A stretch of DNA of 63,366 nt, the filler included, from Octopus bimaculoides (lineage: Eukaryota), in assembly GCF_001194135.2 (NCBI RefSeq). It is 4 parts of 4 records of this genome, joined end to end, with 100 filler letters (N's around TTAATTAATTAA, not from the genome) between each part and the next. Parts side by side here need not be neighbours in the genome. Positions count along the whole stretch, not along the records: positions 1 to 25,032 come from NC_068986.1; 3 more parts are not named here. One strand, written 5' to 3'. Below, one piece after another: positions 1-11,829 of the stretch. Both the position numbers and the translations under genes were made by a program. Position 1 is the stretch's first letter. Each line of letters opens with the position of its first letter. Under the pieces are notes generated by a model, which was given only the letters and a program-made list of their open reading frames with translations, was not told where the DNA came from and did no database searches.

Positions 1-52
1 CCGAAGGCACCCCGGCGGTAGTGGCCAAATTATCTTTTGATATGTATACGTG

Positions 53-267
53 CTGCAAAGCTGGCAAAATCATTAATACGCCGGAAAAAAAATACTTAGT
101 TGCATTTCCTTCGTCTCTACGTTCTGAGTTCGAATTCTGCCGAGGTCGACTTTGCCTTTCATCCTTTTGGGGGTTGATAAAATAAGTGCCAGTTACGCAT
201 TGGGGTTGATGTAATCGAATAGTTTCCTCTCTTAAAATTGCAGGCTCCGTGCCTATATTAGAAAAGA
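53..267 (+). mobile_element. tRNA-headed SINE, family A, diverged copy
   Basis: A-box-like CTGGCAAAA, B-box-like GAGTTCGAATTC, then GCCTTTCATCCTTT..GGGGTTGATAAAATAAGTGCCAG; the same block recurs more than 15 times in the window. Confidence 0.85.
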
Positions 268-297
268 TATGTTTAGGAAAAAAATTTTACAATGGAT

Positions 298-462
298 GTT
301 GGTGTGGTCGTGTGGTAAGATCTTTGCTTCCTGACCATCTGGTTTCGGGTTCATTCCCACTGTGTAGTATCTTTGGAGAAGTAACTTCTTGTATAGACAC
401 AGGCAAACCGGAGCCTTGTGAATGGATTTGGTTGATGAAAACTTAAAAAAGAGCCTGTTATA
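298..462 (+). mobile_element. CORE-like SINE (family C), decayed 5' half
   Basis: GTGGTCGTGTGGTAAG..GGGTTCATTCCCACTG..GCCTTGTGAATGGATTTGGTTGATGAAAAC aligns to the better copies at 9199 and 52693. Confidence 0.7.
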
Positions 463-468
463 CACACA

Positions 469-560
469 TACAAGCATACATACACACATACATACATACA
501 TACATACATACATACACACATACATACATATATACATACTTACTTACATACACACACATG
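469..560 (+). repeat. (CATA)n / (CA)n microsatellite
   Basis: Direct reading; it immediately precedes an RLE retrotransposon fragment. Confidence 0.95.
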
Positions 561-561
561 C

Positions 562-1080
562 ATACATCAAGGAATACTGGTGGAATATTCCCATCAAAAC
601 CTCTGTCAAATGTAAACATATCAGGCCGGATGTTGTTGTTTGGGACAGAGGGGCAAAGGTATGTACCATCATAGAAGTCAACTGCCCTGCAGATATAAGT
701 ATCTCTTTGAAAATCAAAGAAAAAGAGGATATCTATGGACAACCGCTTCGAAACCCCCAGCTTCTATATCCAGACTATGAATTCATATTCATATCAATAA
801 TAATTGGAGCACTAGATTTTGTTAGTAAATGCTTAAAAAGAGAATCTGGATAAACTGGGATTTTCAGAAAGAGAAATCGTCCGGCTAATTCTTACATTAC
901 AAGAGCAAATTGTGACTGGAACAGTAAAAATATGCAAGACTTTTNNNNNNNNNNNNNNNNNNNNNNNNNNNNNNNNNNNTCCTGTGTTAACTACATCCCA
1001 AAGATGAAGCCTTGTACCTTTGTTGGAAATCGGCTCCCTCCTCAGTGGAAGGTTTATAATAATTAAAAAAATAGAAGAGG
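562..1080 (+). mobile_element. 5'-truncated RLE-type non-LTR retrotransposon (R4/Dong-like), restriction-like endonuclease domain and 3' end
   Basis: Translation KEYWWNIPIKTSVKCKHIRPDVVVWDRGAKVCTIIEVNCPADISISLKIKEKEDIYG..IIIGALDFVSKCLK carries the RPD..E..CP.D..K..EK..Y..IIGA pattern of RLE domains. After a frameshift it continues NLDKLGFSEREIVRLILTLQEQIVTGTVKICKTF up to the gap at 945; 980-1080 is the presumed 3' UTR. Confidence 0.85.
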
Positions 1081-1128
1081 CATACATACATACATACATA
1101 CATACATACATACATACATACATACATA
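1081..1128 (+). repeat. (CATA)12 microsatellite
   Basis: Perfect 48-nt array between two RLE fragments. Confidence 0.98.
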
Positions 1129-1312
1129 CTCGGATATGTAACATGCTGCCTAAATACCAATCTTGAGAAATTAGGATTCTCAAAACCAGAAAGGAGAAAA
1201 CTGATTCGAAGACTACTGATCCAAGCTATCACAGGAACTGGAAAAATCTGTAAAACTTTCCAGAAGTTTATCGTTTAAGTACATATTAGCAAGTCTAGAT
1301 ATGCATGAGAGG
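1129..1312 (+). mobile_element. Second RLE-type retrotransposon 3' terminal fragment (related but divergent family)
   Basis: 1132-1278 reads GYVTCCLNTNLEKLGFSKPERRKLIRRLLIQAITGTGKICKTFQKFIV*, about half identical in protein to the C-terminus of the 562-944 fragment; short 3' UTR ends GAGAGG before ATACATA. Confidence 0.75.
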
Positions 1313-1879
1313 ATACATAAAACAAAACATGCAAATCTGCACATAAGCGTAAAAGTATTCAAAATAGATAGTAAAGTAAATTTATAATTATTATAAGTTC
1401 ATCAAAAATCATGATTGCATAGAAGCGTATATTCAGAAAGAATCGTATTTAAGTATTTATACAGAATTTTAGGGGAATGACCGACCTTTCCTTCCTTCAT
1501 CTCCTGTCTTGTAACGTGTGTTGAAGAGATGTCTGTTATTTTATGCAAACAACGAGAGAGAAAAGGAAAACAAGCCAAGTAATACACAGAATACAAAGAA
1601 TCACCCTTCATCAGTTGTCGGCTGTCTATCTATTCCCCATTTCGAGAAACCAACGACAATATGAGTCTTCGAAGACCGTTGCTTCCATAAACCCGCAAAG
1701 ACATCACAAAAACGGTTACTCAGAGTTTCATGTGTCCCCGTTCGTCGGACAGCTTTTGTTGAGAATAGAACAAAACTAATGTTATATGCATAAATATAAA
1801 ATTACTTTGATAGACACACACCTGAAATTGGTTTTGTTTCATTGGTCCTTTCAACTAACGGTCTTTTCAATATATATAT

Positions 1880-2095
1880 TATGTGTCTATGTTTGTCCCC
1901 CCTCCCATCAGAATCGATTGACGAACGATATTCGTGTGTTTACGCCCCCGTCACGCAGCGGCGCGGTAAAAGAGACCGATGAAATATGTACTAGGCTTAC
2001 AAAGAATAAGTCCTGAGGTAGATTTCTTTGACTAAAGCCCTTTAAGATGGTACTCCAGCATGGCCGCAGTCAAATGACTGAAACAAGCAAGACAG
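1880..2095 (+). mobile_element. CORE-like SINE (family C) 3' half
   Basis: TTTGTCCCCCC..GTGTTTACG..AAAGAGACCGAT..TACTAGGCTTACAAAGAATAAGTCCTG..CTCCAGCATGGCCGCAGTCAAATGACTGAAACAAG. Confidence 0.85.
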
Positions 2096-2111
2096 TTAAA
2101 TAACAGATTTA

Positions 2112-2118
<7 letters not shown>

Positions 2119-2201
<83 letters not shown>

Positions 2202-2220
2202 TGTATGTGTGTTTGTGTGT
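2119..2220 (+). repeat. (GT)n microsatellite
   Basis: Direct reading. Confidence 0.98.
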
Positions 2221-2489
2221 GAAAACTGCATTTGCTTTGGTATATGGATGTTGAACTCAAATACGAAATATAGAAAAGAATATGACATCATACACGTATA
2301 CACACATACATAAGCGGCCACAGACAATCGCATATATCGAGTCGTAATAGATAGGATCACACACACACACACACGCGCGCGCGCATAAAACATTACTATT
2401 CTCGGAAAACATACGGGGAAAAAAGCAAAAGATTCGCTCTGGAAAAATGATTTGAAGAAACATTGGAAAAGATTAAGATCATGAGAAAG

Positions 2490-2529
<40 letters not shown>

Positions 2530-2874
2530 TGGGGGGAGGGAGTGAATGGAAAAGACTGAGAGAGGAAGTGAGAGTATGTATGTGTGTGTAAGCGAGGAAT
2601 GTAGCTGTGAAGGCAGAAAAAAAATGAAGTTGATATTAATAATATATCGAGAAACAGAAAGCGTGAAAAAGTTACATATAATGAATACAATTATAATATA
2701 ATACCAAACCATTTTACCACAAAGAATGAAAAATACGAACAACAAAAGAAGGAATTAAAAAGAAATTGCGAAGAAGAAAATAAAGCGATGCAGTGTGAAG
2801 TTAGGTTCAAATTGTATTTATGTGAAGAATTTCTTGAATACAAGGAATGCACGTGGTGAAATAAAGGAGAGGAG

Positions 2875-2918
<44 letters not shown>

Positions 2919-2935
2919 CAGATAGAGAGATAGAT
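2875..2935 (+). repeat. (GATA)n microsatellite
   Basis: Direct reading. Confidence 0.95.
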
Positions 2936-3371
2936 ATATAGAATGAATGAGTAAAAACCAGATAGTGACTGTGATATGAATAAGATTATGTAAAGAGACA
3001 AAACCAGTTTAAAATATGATGCGTTATAAGTTTTTATAATGAAATGTCTTTATACATCGTCCTTAACCTCACCGAGATAAAAAAAAAATTGATATAAAAA
3101 TCGAAATTTTGAGGATAAATTGAAGGCAGTATATACTTTAGTATGTTTTCAAACCTTCTGGGTTGATCCAGTAAAAAAGAAGAAATATTAATCTGAGTTT
3201 AAATTGCTTTTGAAGAACAAGATTCGTAGGTTTTTTTTTTTTTATTATATTCTGTAAATTCAAGGAGACAAGATGGCGCCGTTATAAAATTCTGTGGAAA
3301 CAAATTAGTTAACCAACAGATTTGGAAAGCTACGCTTTATTCATTTATCATCCAGATAGTTACATGCCCTA

Positions 3372-3593
3372 TATATTGGTTTCAAAGTTTGACGCAAGGT
3401 CAGCAACTTCTGGGGAGGAGGTAATTCGATTACATCGACCTCCATTATCCAGCTGGTACTTATTTTATCGACCCAGAAAGGATGAAAGGCAAATTCGGCT
3501 TCGGCAGCATTTGAACTCAGGATGTAAAGACGGAAGAAATGCCACTAAGCATTTTGCCCGGCGTGCTAATGATTCAGCCAGCTCTCCGCCTTA
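3372..3593 (-). mobile_element. SINE family A, near full length
   Basis: Reverse complement begins AAGGCGGAGAGCTGGCTGAATC, includes GAGTTCAAATGC and the CCTTTCATCCTTTCTGGGTCGATAAAATAAGTACCAG block. Confidence 0.9.
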
Positions 3594-3666
3594 AATGTCC
3601 TATGTGTTTACTGGTCACACTGCTCTTCCAAGCTTTCCTTGATTGTCCTCTTCATTTCAATTTGGT

Positions 3667-3964
3667 CACGAGATTAAGACATGGCCAACCTCACGCACTT
3701 CTCATGAGGCATTCCGGAAGGAGCTTCGTGAGGCCACTGCTGAGACGCTCCGGGAAGAAGAAGAAAAGCCGTTAGAAAACCGATTATAACAGCGACTCCA
3801 TCACAGCGCTACAGATGTGCCAGCGTACACGAGATTGAAACATGGCCGACCTCACGCACTTCTCATGAGGAATTCTGGAAGGAGCTTCGTGAGGCCACTG
3901 CTGAGATGCTTCCGGAAGAAGAAGAAAAACCGTTAGAAAACCGATTATAGCAGCGACTCCATCA
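3667..3964 (+). repeat. Imperfect tandem duplication, 137-nt unit with 161-nt period
   Basis: 3667-3803 and 3828-3964 align without gaps; both read EI(K/E)TWPTSRTSHE(A/E)F(R/W)KELREATAE..EEEEKPLENRL* in one frame. Confidence 0.9.
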
Positions 3965-4159
3965 ATTCCTAGGGATATCTGAGGGAGGAATTTTATTCCG
4001 AAATATTATTAGACTATGGATATTTAAATTACAACAGGTATATAGTCCATTTTTTGTATTATAGTGCATTATTGTACCATTCGAAACATTTTATTCTTTA
4101 TATGTACTTATATATATATATANNNNNNNNNNGTGTGTGTGTGCGTGTGTGTGTGTATG

Positions 4160-4378
4160 TGTATTTGTGCGTGTATCTGTATTTGTCCAACCCACCATCG
4201 CTTGACAACCGATGTTGGTGTGTTTACATCCGCCATTCTCAGCGGTTCGACAAAAAATACCAATAGATTAAGTACTAGGCTTACGAAGAATAAGTCCTGG
4301 AGTCGATTTGTTCGACTAAAGGTGGTGCTCCAGCATGGCTGCAGTCAGATGACTGAAACAAGTAAAAGAAAGTAAAAT
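4160..4378 (+). mobile_element. CORE-like SINE (family C) 3' half
   Basis: CCACCATCGCTTGACAACCGATGTTGGTGTGTTTAC..GTCGATTTGTTCGACTAAAGGTGGTGCTCCAGCATGG..GAAACAAGTAAAAGA. Confidence 0.9.
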
Positions 4379-4394
4379 AATATATTATTATAAA

Positions 4395-4778
4395 TGTGGC
4401 ACTCCGTCGGTTATGACGATGAGGTTTCCAGTTGATCCGATCAACAGAACAGCCTGCTCGTGAAATCAGCGTACAAGTGGCTGAGCACTCCACAGACATG
4501 TGTACTCTTAACGTAGTTCTCGGGGAGATTCAGCGTGACAGAGAGTGTGACAAAGGCTGGCTCTTTGAAATACAGGTACAACAGGATCAGGACGAAAGGG
4601 TGAGAGAAAGCTGTGGTGAAAGTCTACAGCAGGGTTCGCCACCATCCCTTGCCGGAGCCTCGCAGAGCATTCGGAGTTTTCGCTCAATAAACACTCACAA
4701 CGCCCGATCTGGGAATCGAAATCGTGATCCTACGACCGCGAGTCCGCCGCCCTAACAACTGAACCATTGCGCCTCCAC
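4395..4778 (-). mobile_element. tRNA-headed SINE, family D (single copy in window)
   Basis: Reverse complement starts GGAGGCGCAATGGTTCAGTTGTTAGGGCGGCGGACTCGCGGTCGTAGGATCACGATTTCGATTCCC (A-box and B-box-like), followed by a GC-balanced body unrelated to families A and C. Confidence 0.7.
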
Positions 4779-5368
4779 TGTGTAAATGTATACATAGGTA
4801 TATATATGTATGTATTATAGTTCCCAGAGCAAAAGAAAAGCCCTAAGACAACGGGAAGGCCATTCATTAGAATCCAACACAGAATCTGACTGCAAAGCGA
4901 TTTTTTTAACTACTTGACGTAGTCTCCTTCACTTAAGATATAATAAACAGGTAAAAATTCATGCAAAATACCAGCAAAATAATTATTCCACGGTAGCACC
5001 GAGCAGGCTCAAACTCAGAGCCACGTATTTTTAAAGTTAACATTTTGACCACACAGTGGGGTCAGAAGCAATCATTAGTGTATCGATTGGAATACATGCA
5101 TGCAACCGTAACTGTTATAGACTTAATTATATTGTGATATATTCACAATTAAGGCAGACATTACAGACAACAGAGATGGTCTCCATCAACACTTTCTAAT
5201 TTATGGCATGTAAACTACAACACTCAAACGGAACGCACACGTATACAAGTAATGCAATTACACACACTCACACACACACCACATGTGTATGCGTGGTAAT
5301 TAACTGAAACGTATAGTGTAGGTAATTACCATACACATGCATTTACATACGCATATATTCATATAGTG

Positions 5369-5445
<77 letters not shown>

Positions 5446-6826
5446 NNNNNNNNNNTGCTTATACATATCTGTACCTATACTAAAACCACATATTCACATA
5501 CAGTTCACCTACTCACCCACGTAAACACAAATGCATACAAAAGCATATGTGGAAACACTAACACAGGCACATCAATCATAACCACATAAGCCCGCAAGAA
5601 TCCATATATATATACATATATACATTCACACTTCCCTCCTTGTAAACAATCTCATAAACGTACAGAGTAAATGTGTGACGCACACAAGTTTATATAATGA
5701 CGAAAATAAGTTACTGCAAAAACGTAAATGAATTTGAAAAAAAAAAAAAAGGAAAGAAAAATGAAAATATCGTAACTAGCAATTGAAAACGTTATTTTTA
5801 GGCGATAATAAAAGATTGTGAGAGGGAAAGAAATATAATTATCTAACAAAAACATTATTCATCGTGTCAATAATGTAGAAATAAAAATAATGATGTGAAA
5901 AGGAGGGGGGGATGGAATAAAAAAGAAATATGGAATTGTAGAAAGAATATTTAGGTAGAAATGTATATTTTTCTGTATTTTCATGTATGCATGTATGTAC
6001 ATATATCTGTTTTTTTTTTCACNNNNNNNNNNNNNNNNNNNNNNNNNNNNNNNNNNNNNNNNNNNNNNNNNNNNNNNNNNNNNNNNNNNNNNNNNNNNNN
6101 NNNNNNNNNNNNNNNNNNNNNNNNNNNNNNNNNNNNNNNNNNNNNNNNNNNNNNNNNNNNNNNNNNNNNNNNNNNNNNNNNNNNNNNNNNNNNNNNNNNN
6201 NNNNNNNNNNNNNNNNNNNNNNNNNNNNNNNNNNNNNNNNNNNNNNNNNNNNNNNNNNNNNNNNNNNNNNNNNNNNNNNNNNNNNNNNNNNNNNNNNNNN
6301 NNNNNNNNNNNNNNNNNNNNNNNNNNNNNNNNNNNNNNNNNNNNNNNNNNNNNNNNNNNNNNNNNNNNNNNNNNNNNNNNNNNNNNNNNNNNNNNNNNNN
6401 NNNNNNNNNNNNNNNNNNNNNNNNNNNNNNNNNNNNNNNNNNNNNNNNNNNNNNNNNNNNNNNNNNNNNNNNNNNNNNNNNNNNNNNNNNNNNNNNNNNN
6501 NNNNNNNNNNNNNNATATATATACTACATGTATAATATATAGTAATTTGTAAATATATGTATATATTAGTATATCGATATACATCCCTCCATCCATCCAT
6601 TTATCCATGTGCGCATGTATTTATGTATATATGCATGCATGTATGTTTGTATGTATGTATGTTTGTATGTATATACGTATGTGTGTATGTATGTACGTAT
6701 GTACGTATCTATCTATCTATCGAGCTNNNNNNNNNNNNNNNNNNNNNNNNNNNNNNNNNNNNNNNNNNNNNNNNNNNNNNNNNNNNNNNNNNNNNNNNNN
6801 NNNNNNNNNNNNNNNNNNNNNNNNNN

Positions 6827-6868
<42 letters not shown>

Positions 6869-7102
6869 TTATGTAAGTATGTGTGCGTGTGTAAGTAATT
6901 CTTTTACTTTACGCAATGGTGGTATTTAATTTTTTTTTAAATATACGCATGCGCATATGAATCTGCAACACAAGCACACATATAATCGGAAGAGATTTTC
7001 AGGTTGCTATGTAATTATTTATCAAGTAAGCAAAGAGAGGCTTCAGAGGTCAGCTTGTTAAAGTCGGAAACAACTCATTAAAATAGATGTAGGTCATGGA
7101 AA

Positions 7103-7157
<55 letters not shown>

Positions 7158-7197
7158 TCATCTGTATTTGTATATATGTAAGTAAATATATACATAC

Positions 7198-7230
<33 letters not shown>

Positions 7231-7648
7231 TATACATACACACACACCTCCATCCACGTATATGTATGTATTCATAAATCTATATCTATATAGACTTACC
7301 TCATTTCTTGCATATATATAAATATATATANNNNNNNNNNNNNNNNNNNNNNNNNNNNNNNNNNNNNNNNNNNNNNNNNNNNNNNNNNNNNNNNNNNNNN
7401 NNNNNNNNNNNNNNNNNNNNNNNNNNNNNNNNNNNNNNNNNNNNNNNNNNNNNNNNNNNNNNNNNNNNNNNNNNNNNNNNNNNNNNNNNNNNNNNNNNNN
7501 NNNNNNNNNNNNNNNNNNNNNNNNNNNNNNNNNNNNNNNNNNNNNNNNNNNNNNNNNNNNNNNNNNNNNNNNNNNNNNNNNNNNNNNNNNNNNNNNNNNN
7601 NNNNNNNNNNNNNNNNNNNNNNNNNNNNNNNNNNNNNNNNNNNNNNNN

Positions 7649-7728
<80 letters not shown>

Positions 7729-7932
7729 GTATATATACATCTGAATACATATTTACACCCACAACAACACCCACACATATCCTCTCTTAAGGTTCAGTTT
7801 TTTGGGAAAATGCGTTGAATTGCTTCGTTTGCTATTTTTGTATCTTGCTTTCTATATTTGTTCTATTTTAAGTAAACCTGTTCGTCTTTATTTTCTCTTT
7901 CCTGTTTGCGTTTACTTTTTGCATTAATATTT

Positions 7933-7951
7933 CGGTTTCCCATGGAAACCG
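7933..7951. promoter_or_regulatory. Possible RFX X-box-like palindrome
   Basis: CGGTTTCCCATGGAAACCG contains GTTTCC-CAT-GGAAAC; motif match only. Confidence 0.25.
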
Positions 7952-8334
7952 TTACTGGAAGTTTATTATATTTAGTATTACCCAAGGTGGGCGCGTGGGC
8001 AGAAGCTGTCAGACACCAAAAGAAATGCCTTGACGAGTTATAGGTTCAATTTCCATTATGGTTGCTGTGAGTTTTCGTTGGTAAATAAACAAATAAATAC
8101 GCATACTACTTCTCTTACATTAAAATTATGATTTCTTTTCACTTAAATATCTTTAAAATTTATATTTGACACCGTATTTAGAGTTTGGTGCGAGTTTAAG
8201 AGAGTTACATCGCAACGCATTTGTCCCAGATTGAATACCTTTTCGTGGTGCTTTGTGCAATTAACTTTTAGTTTAGCTCCGCGCCAACCAATGCCTCATG
8301 AGTGAATTCGGTAGACAAAAACAGTGTGTAAATC

Positions 8335-8368
<34 letters not shown>

Positions 8369-9198
8369 NNNNNNNNNNNNNNNNNNNNNNNNNNNNNNNN
8401 NNNNNNNNNNNNNNNNNNNNNNNNNNNNNNNNNNNNNNNNNNNNNNNNNNNNNNNNNNNNNNNNNNNNNNNNNNNNNNNNNNNNNNNNNNNNNNNNNNNN
8501 NNNNNNNNNNNNNNNNNNNNNNNNNNNNNNNNNNNNNNNNNNNNNNNNNNNNNNNNNNNNNNNNNNNNNNNNNNNNNNNNNNNNNNNNNNNNNNNNNNNN
8601 NNNNNNNNNNNNNNNNNNNNNNNNNNNNNNNNNNNNNNNNNNNNNNNNNNNNNNNNNNNNNNNNNNNNNNNNNNNNNNNNNNNNNNNNNNNNNNNNNNNN
8701 NNNNNNNNNNNNNNNNNNNNNNNNNNNNNNNNNNNNNNNNNNNNNNNNNNNNNNNNNNNNNNNNNNNNNNNNNNNNNNNNNNNNNNNNNNNNNNNNNNNN
8801 NNNNNNNNNNNNNNNNNNNNNNNNNNNNNNNNNNNNNNNNNNNNNNNNNNNNNNNNNNNNNNNNNNNNNNNNNNNNNNNNNNNNNNNNNNNNNNNNNNNN
8901 NNNNNNNNNNNNNNNNNNNNNNNNNNNNNNNNNNNNNNNNNNNNNNNNNNNNNNNNNNNNNNNNNNNNNNNNNNNNNNNNNNNNNNNNNNNNNNNNNNNN
9001 NNNNNNNNNNNNNNNNNNNNNNNNNNNNNNNNNNNNNNNNNNNNNNNNNNNNNNNNNNNNNNNNNNNNNNNNNNNNNNNNNNNNNNNNNNNNNNNNNNNN
9101 NNNNNNNNNNNNNNNNNNNNNNNNNNNNNNNNNNNNNNNNNNNNNNNNNNNNNNNNNNNNNNNNNNNNNNNNNNNNNNNNNNTATATATATATATATA

Positions 9199-9566
9199 TG
9201 CACAGGAGTGGCTGTATGGTAGGTAGCTTGCTTCTCAACCACATGGTTCTGGGTTCAGTCGCATTGCCTGGTGCCTTGTTTAGTTGTCTTCTACTATAGC
9301 CTCGGGCTGACTAAAACCTTGTGAGTGTATTTGGTAGACGGAAACTGAAAATATCCCGTTGTATATATTATGTATATTTATATGTTTGTGTATCTGTGTT
9401 TACGTCCCCGTAAGCTAGCGGTTCGGCCTAAGAGTCCGATAGAATAAGTATTAGGCTTACTAAGAATAAGTACTAGGGATCGATTTGTTCGACTAAAGGT
9501 GGTGCTCCAGCTCTAGAATGGCCGCAGTCGAATGACTGAAACAAATAAAAGAATAAAAGAATAAAG
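9199..9566 (+). mobile_element. CORE-like SINE (family C), full length with internal deletion
   Basis: tRNA-like head (GGAGTGGCTGTATGG..GGGTTCAGTC), CORE-like TGCCTTG..TGTCTTCTACTATAGCCTCGGG, internal (TA/TG) tract, 3' half and (AATAAAAG)n tail; shows the separately found 5' and 3' halves belong to one element. Confidence 0.9.
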
Positions 9567-10214
9567 TACTATAATATATATATATATATATATTTAAATG
9601 AAATATTCAAACACTGAGATTTGAAGTTAGATGTCACTACTGTTCATATCATCTGTGGATAAATTCAAATTTGATGATATCACTAGTAGTAGCATTGGTG
9701 GAACGCAGTTATGATAGCTTTAAGGAGCTATGAAATATTGTAATGATGCTTAATGAGCATCTAGCTGCTAGAAATAAGAGCCAAGTCTTAAATAATCCAC
9801 CGTAGCGCACCAATATAACAGAGAAAAACAGTATGCGAGGAAAACAGACCGAATTAAAACATTTAACAACACAAATAAAAATATTATGCAATATATATAT
9901 ATATATACATATATATTTATATACATTATAATGGAATAATTACCACGAAGCATTATGTGGAATATATTGTATAAAGGATCGTGGGTAAGGCCAAAACAAT
10001 GCGAAGTAAATTCCCGGTAAATCACAAGAAGACGAATATGCGAATGAATGTAGACTTACCTTGTATTCAATATTTCGGTGTTATGACCCTATTTTCAAGA
10101 AATCGACGAATGCTGCCGCATTTATATATATACATATACGTACATATATATATATGTATGTTTACACTAATAATTACATATACAACATATGTATACATGT
10201 ATAAATATATTAAT

Positions 10215-10426
10215 ATTTATTTCTTTTATTCTTTTACTTGTTTCAGTCATTTGACTGCGGCCATGCTGGGGCACCGCCTTTTAGTCGAGCAAATCGACCC
10301 CAGGACTTATTCTTTGTAAGCCTAGTACTTATTCTATGGGTCTCTTTTGCCGACCTGCTCAGTTACGAGGACGTAAACACACCAGCATCGGTTGTCAAGC
10401 GATGGTGGTGGTGGGGACGAACACAG

Positions 10427-10459
<33 letters not shown>

Positions 10460-10507
10460 CGACTGAACTCGGAACCATGTGGTTGGTAAGCAAGCTACTT
10501 ACCACAC

Positions 10508-10510
<3 letters not shown>
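10215..10510 (-). mobile_element. CORE-like SINE (family C): 3' half plus a small piece of the head
   Basis: CTTTTACTTGTTTCAGTCATTTGACTGCGGCCATGCTGGGGCACCGCCTTTAGTCGAGCAAATCGACCCCAGG..; head remnant GACTGAACTCGGAACCATGTGG at about 10460. Confidence 0.9.
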
Positions 10511-10568
<58 letters not shown>

Positions 10569-11285
10569 GTATATATGCATGTGTGTGTGTATATATGTTA
10601 TATGTATATACTCGTTACATGTAATGTTTATATTTGTATGTAATTTTGACTTAGATGACCAAACAAAGAACTTAACCGTGGAAGAATTTTCGCAGAGAAG
10701 AAAATGTTGAGAAGATGAATGCTTTAAAAGGACTAACAATTCTGTTCATTGTGTTCGTATTTAAATCCACTGTAGATATTTTATGATTGTATTTCGGAAA
10801 CATAATTAAGTTCCTTTGATTCTCTCCCTCCCTCTCTCTACGTACAATACATAAAGATTTTACAAAGGCTACCAGCGTTAGAACTGAATGGCAGTGTTGA
10901 ATAAAACGTTTCGCACGTTCTCATGACGTAATAAAAAACAGTTATGTGCATAGGCCTCTACATTTATCGGTCGGTGCTGCTCTGATCGTACTCATCATTT
11001 GAGAAAAGAAACCTATTTTATGGTTCATCTCAAGCAATCCTTCACTGAAAATGAATCTGTGGCAATTTGTCTTTTGTGTACAGTTGCCAAACTCTTACAA
11101 AATACAGACTGTAATTATATTTAATTAAAGATAATGCAGGCATCCGTCGTAGAGAGATGTTGCTGTTACATATATGGAAAGACATCACATGAAATATATA
11201 GATATTTGTTTCTAGCTTAAAGCTATGGAAACTTGAAAGGAACACTATCCACACAAAAATACGATTATTTGAAATGATTACTTTA

Positions 11286-11332
<47 letters not shown>

Positions 11333-11490
11333 AATCTATCAGTCTGTCTGTCTGTCTGTCTTTCTGTCTGTCTGTTTATCTTTCCGCTTATCTGCCTGTG
11401 ATTCAATCTATTTACTTATCTATCTAGCTATTTATCTATCTAGCTATTTATCTATCTATTGTCTATCTTTTTAATCTATCTATTATGTAT
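11286..11490 (+). repeat. (ATCT)n / (GTCT)n compound microsatellite
   Basis: Direct reading. Confidence 0.9.
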
Positions 11491-11829
11491 CTATGTGTTC
11501 ACACGGGCGCGGTCGGAAATACATTGTTGCAGATTTGTCTGTTCGTTTCCAGTTTTCAATGTCGTTCCTTTTTGGTAAATCAATTTCGTTTCCATTGCGT
11601 TGATTACCAGGAATGGAACAGACTCAAAGAGAAGGCCATGTTAAAGTAATCAAATGATCGTATGCCTGTATGGATGGTGTTCCTTTCAAGTTTATCCATG
11701 TAGGAGATGATCAACTACCTTATCTCTGGATGTTCTTTAATGACTGCTAACTAGTATAAAAACGAAGACGTTCAAATGGAGCAATGTATTCATTGAGAAT
11801 CCACAAACATCATGAGAAAGAAATGACTA

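Noticed and set aside
4700-4778. tRNA genes at SINE heads (families A, C, D)
   Set aside because: They have A/B boxes but no complete acceptor stem and run straight into SINE bodies.
5859-9299. Long ORFs of 150-330 aa spanning N runs (also 24049-24518, 50852-51642, 52868-53707, 56485-60353)
   Set aside because: Made of X from gaps plus YI/CV/HT dipeptide repeats from microsatellites; not coding.
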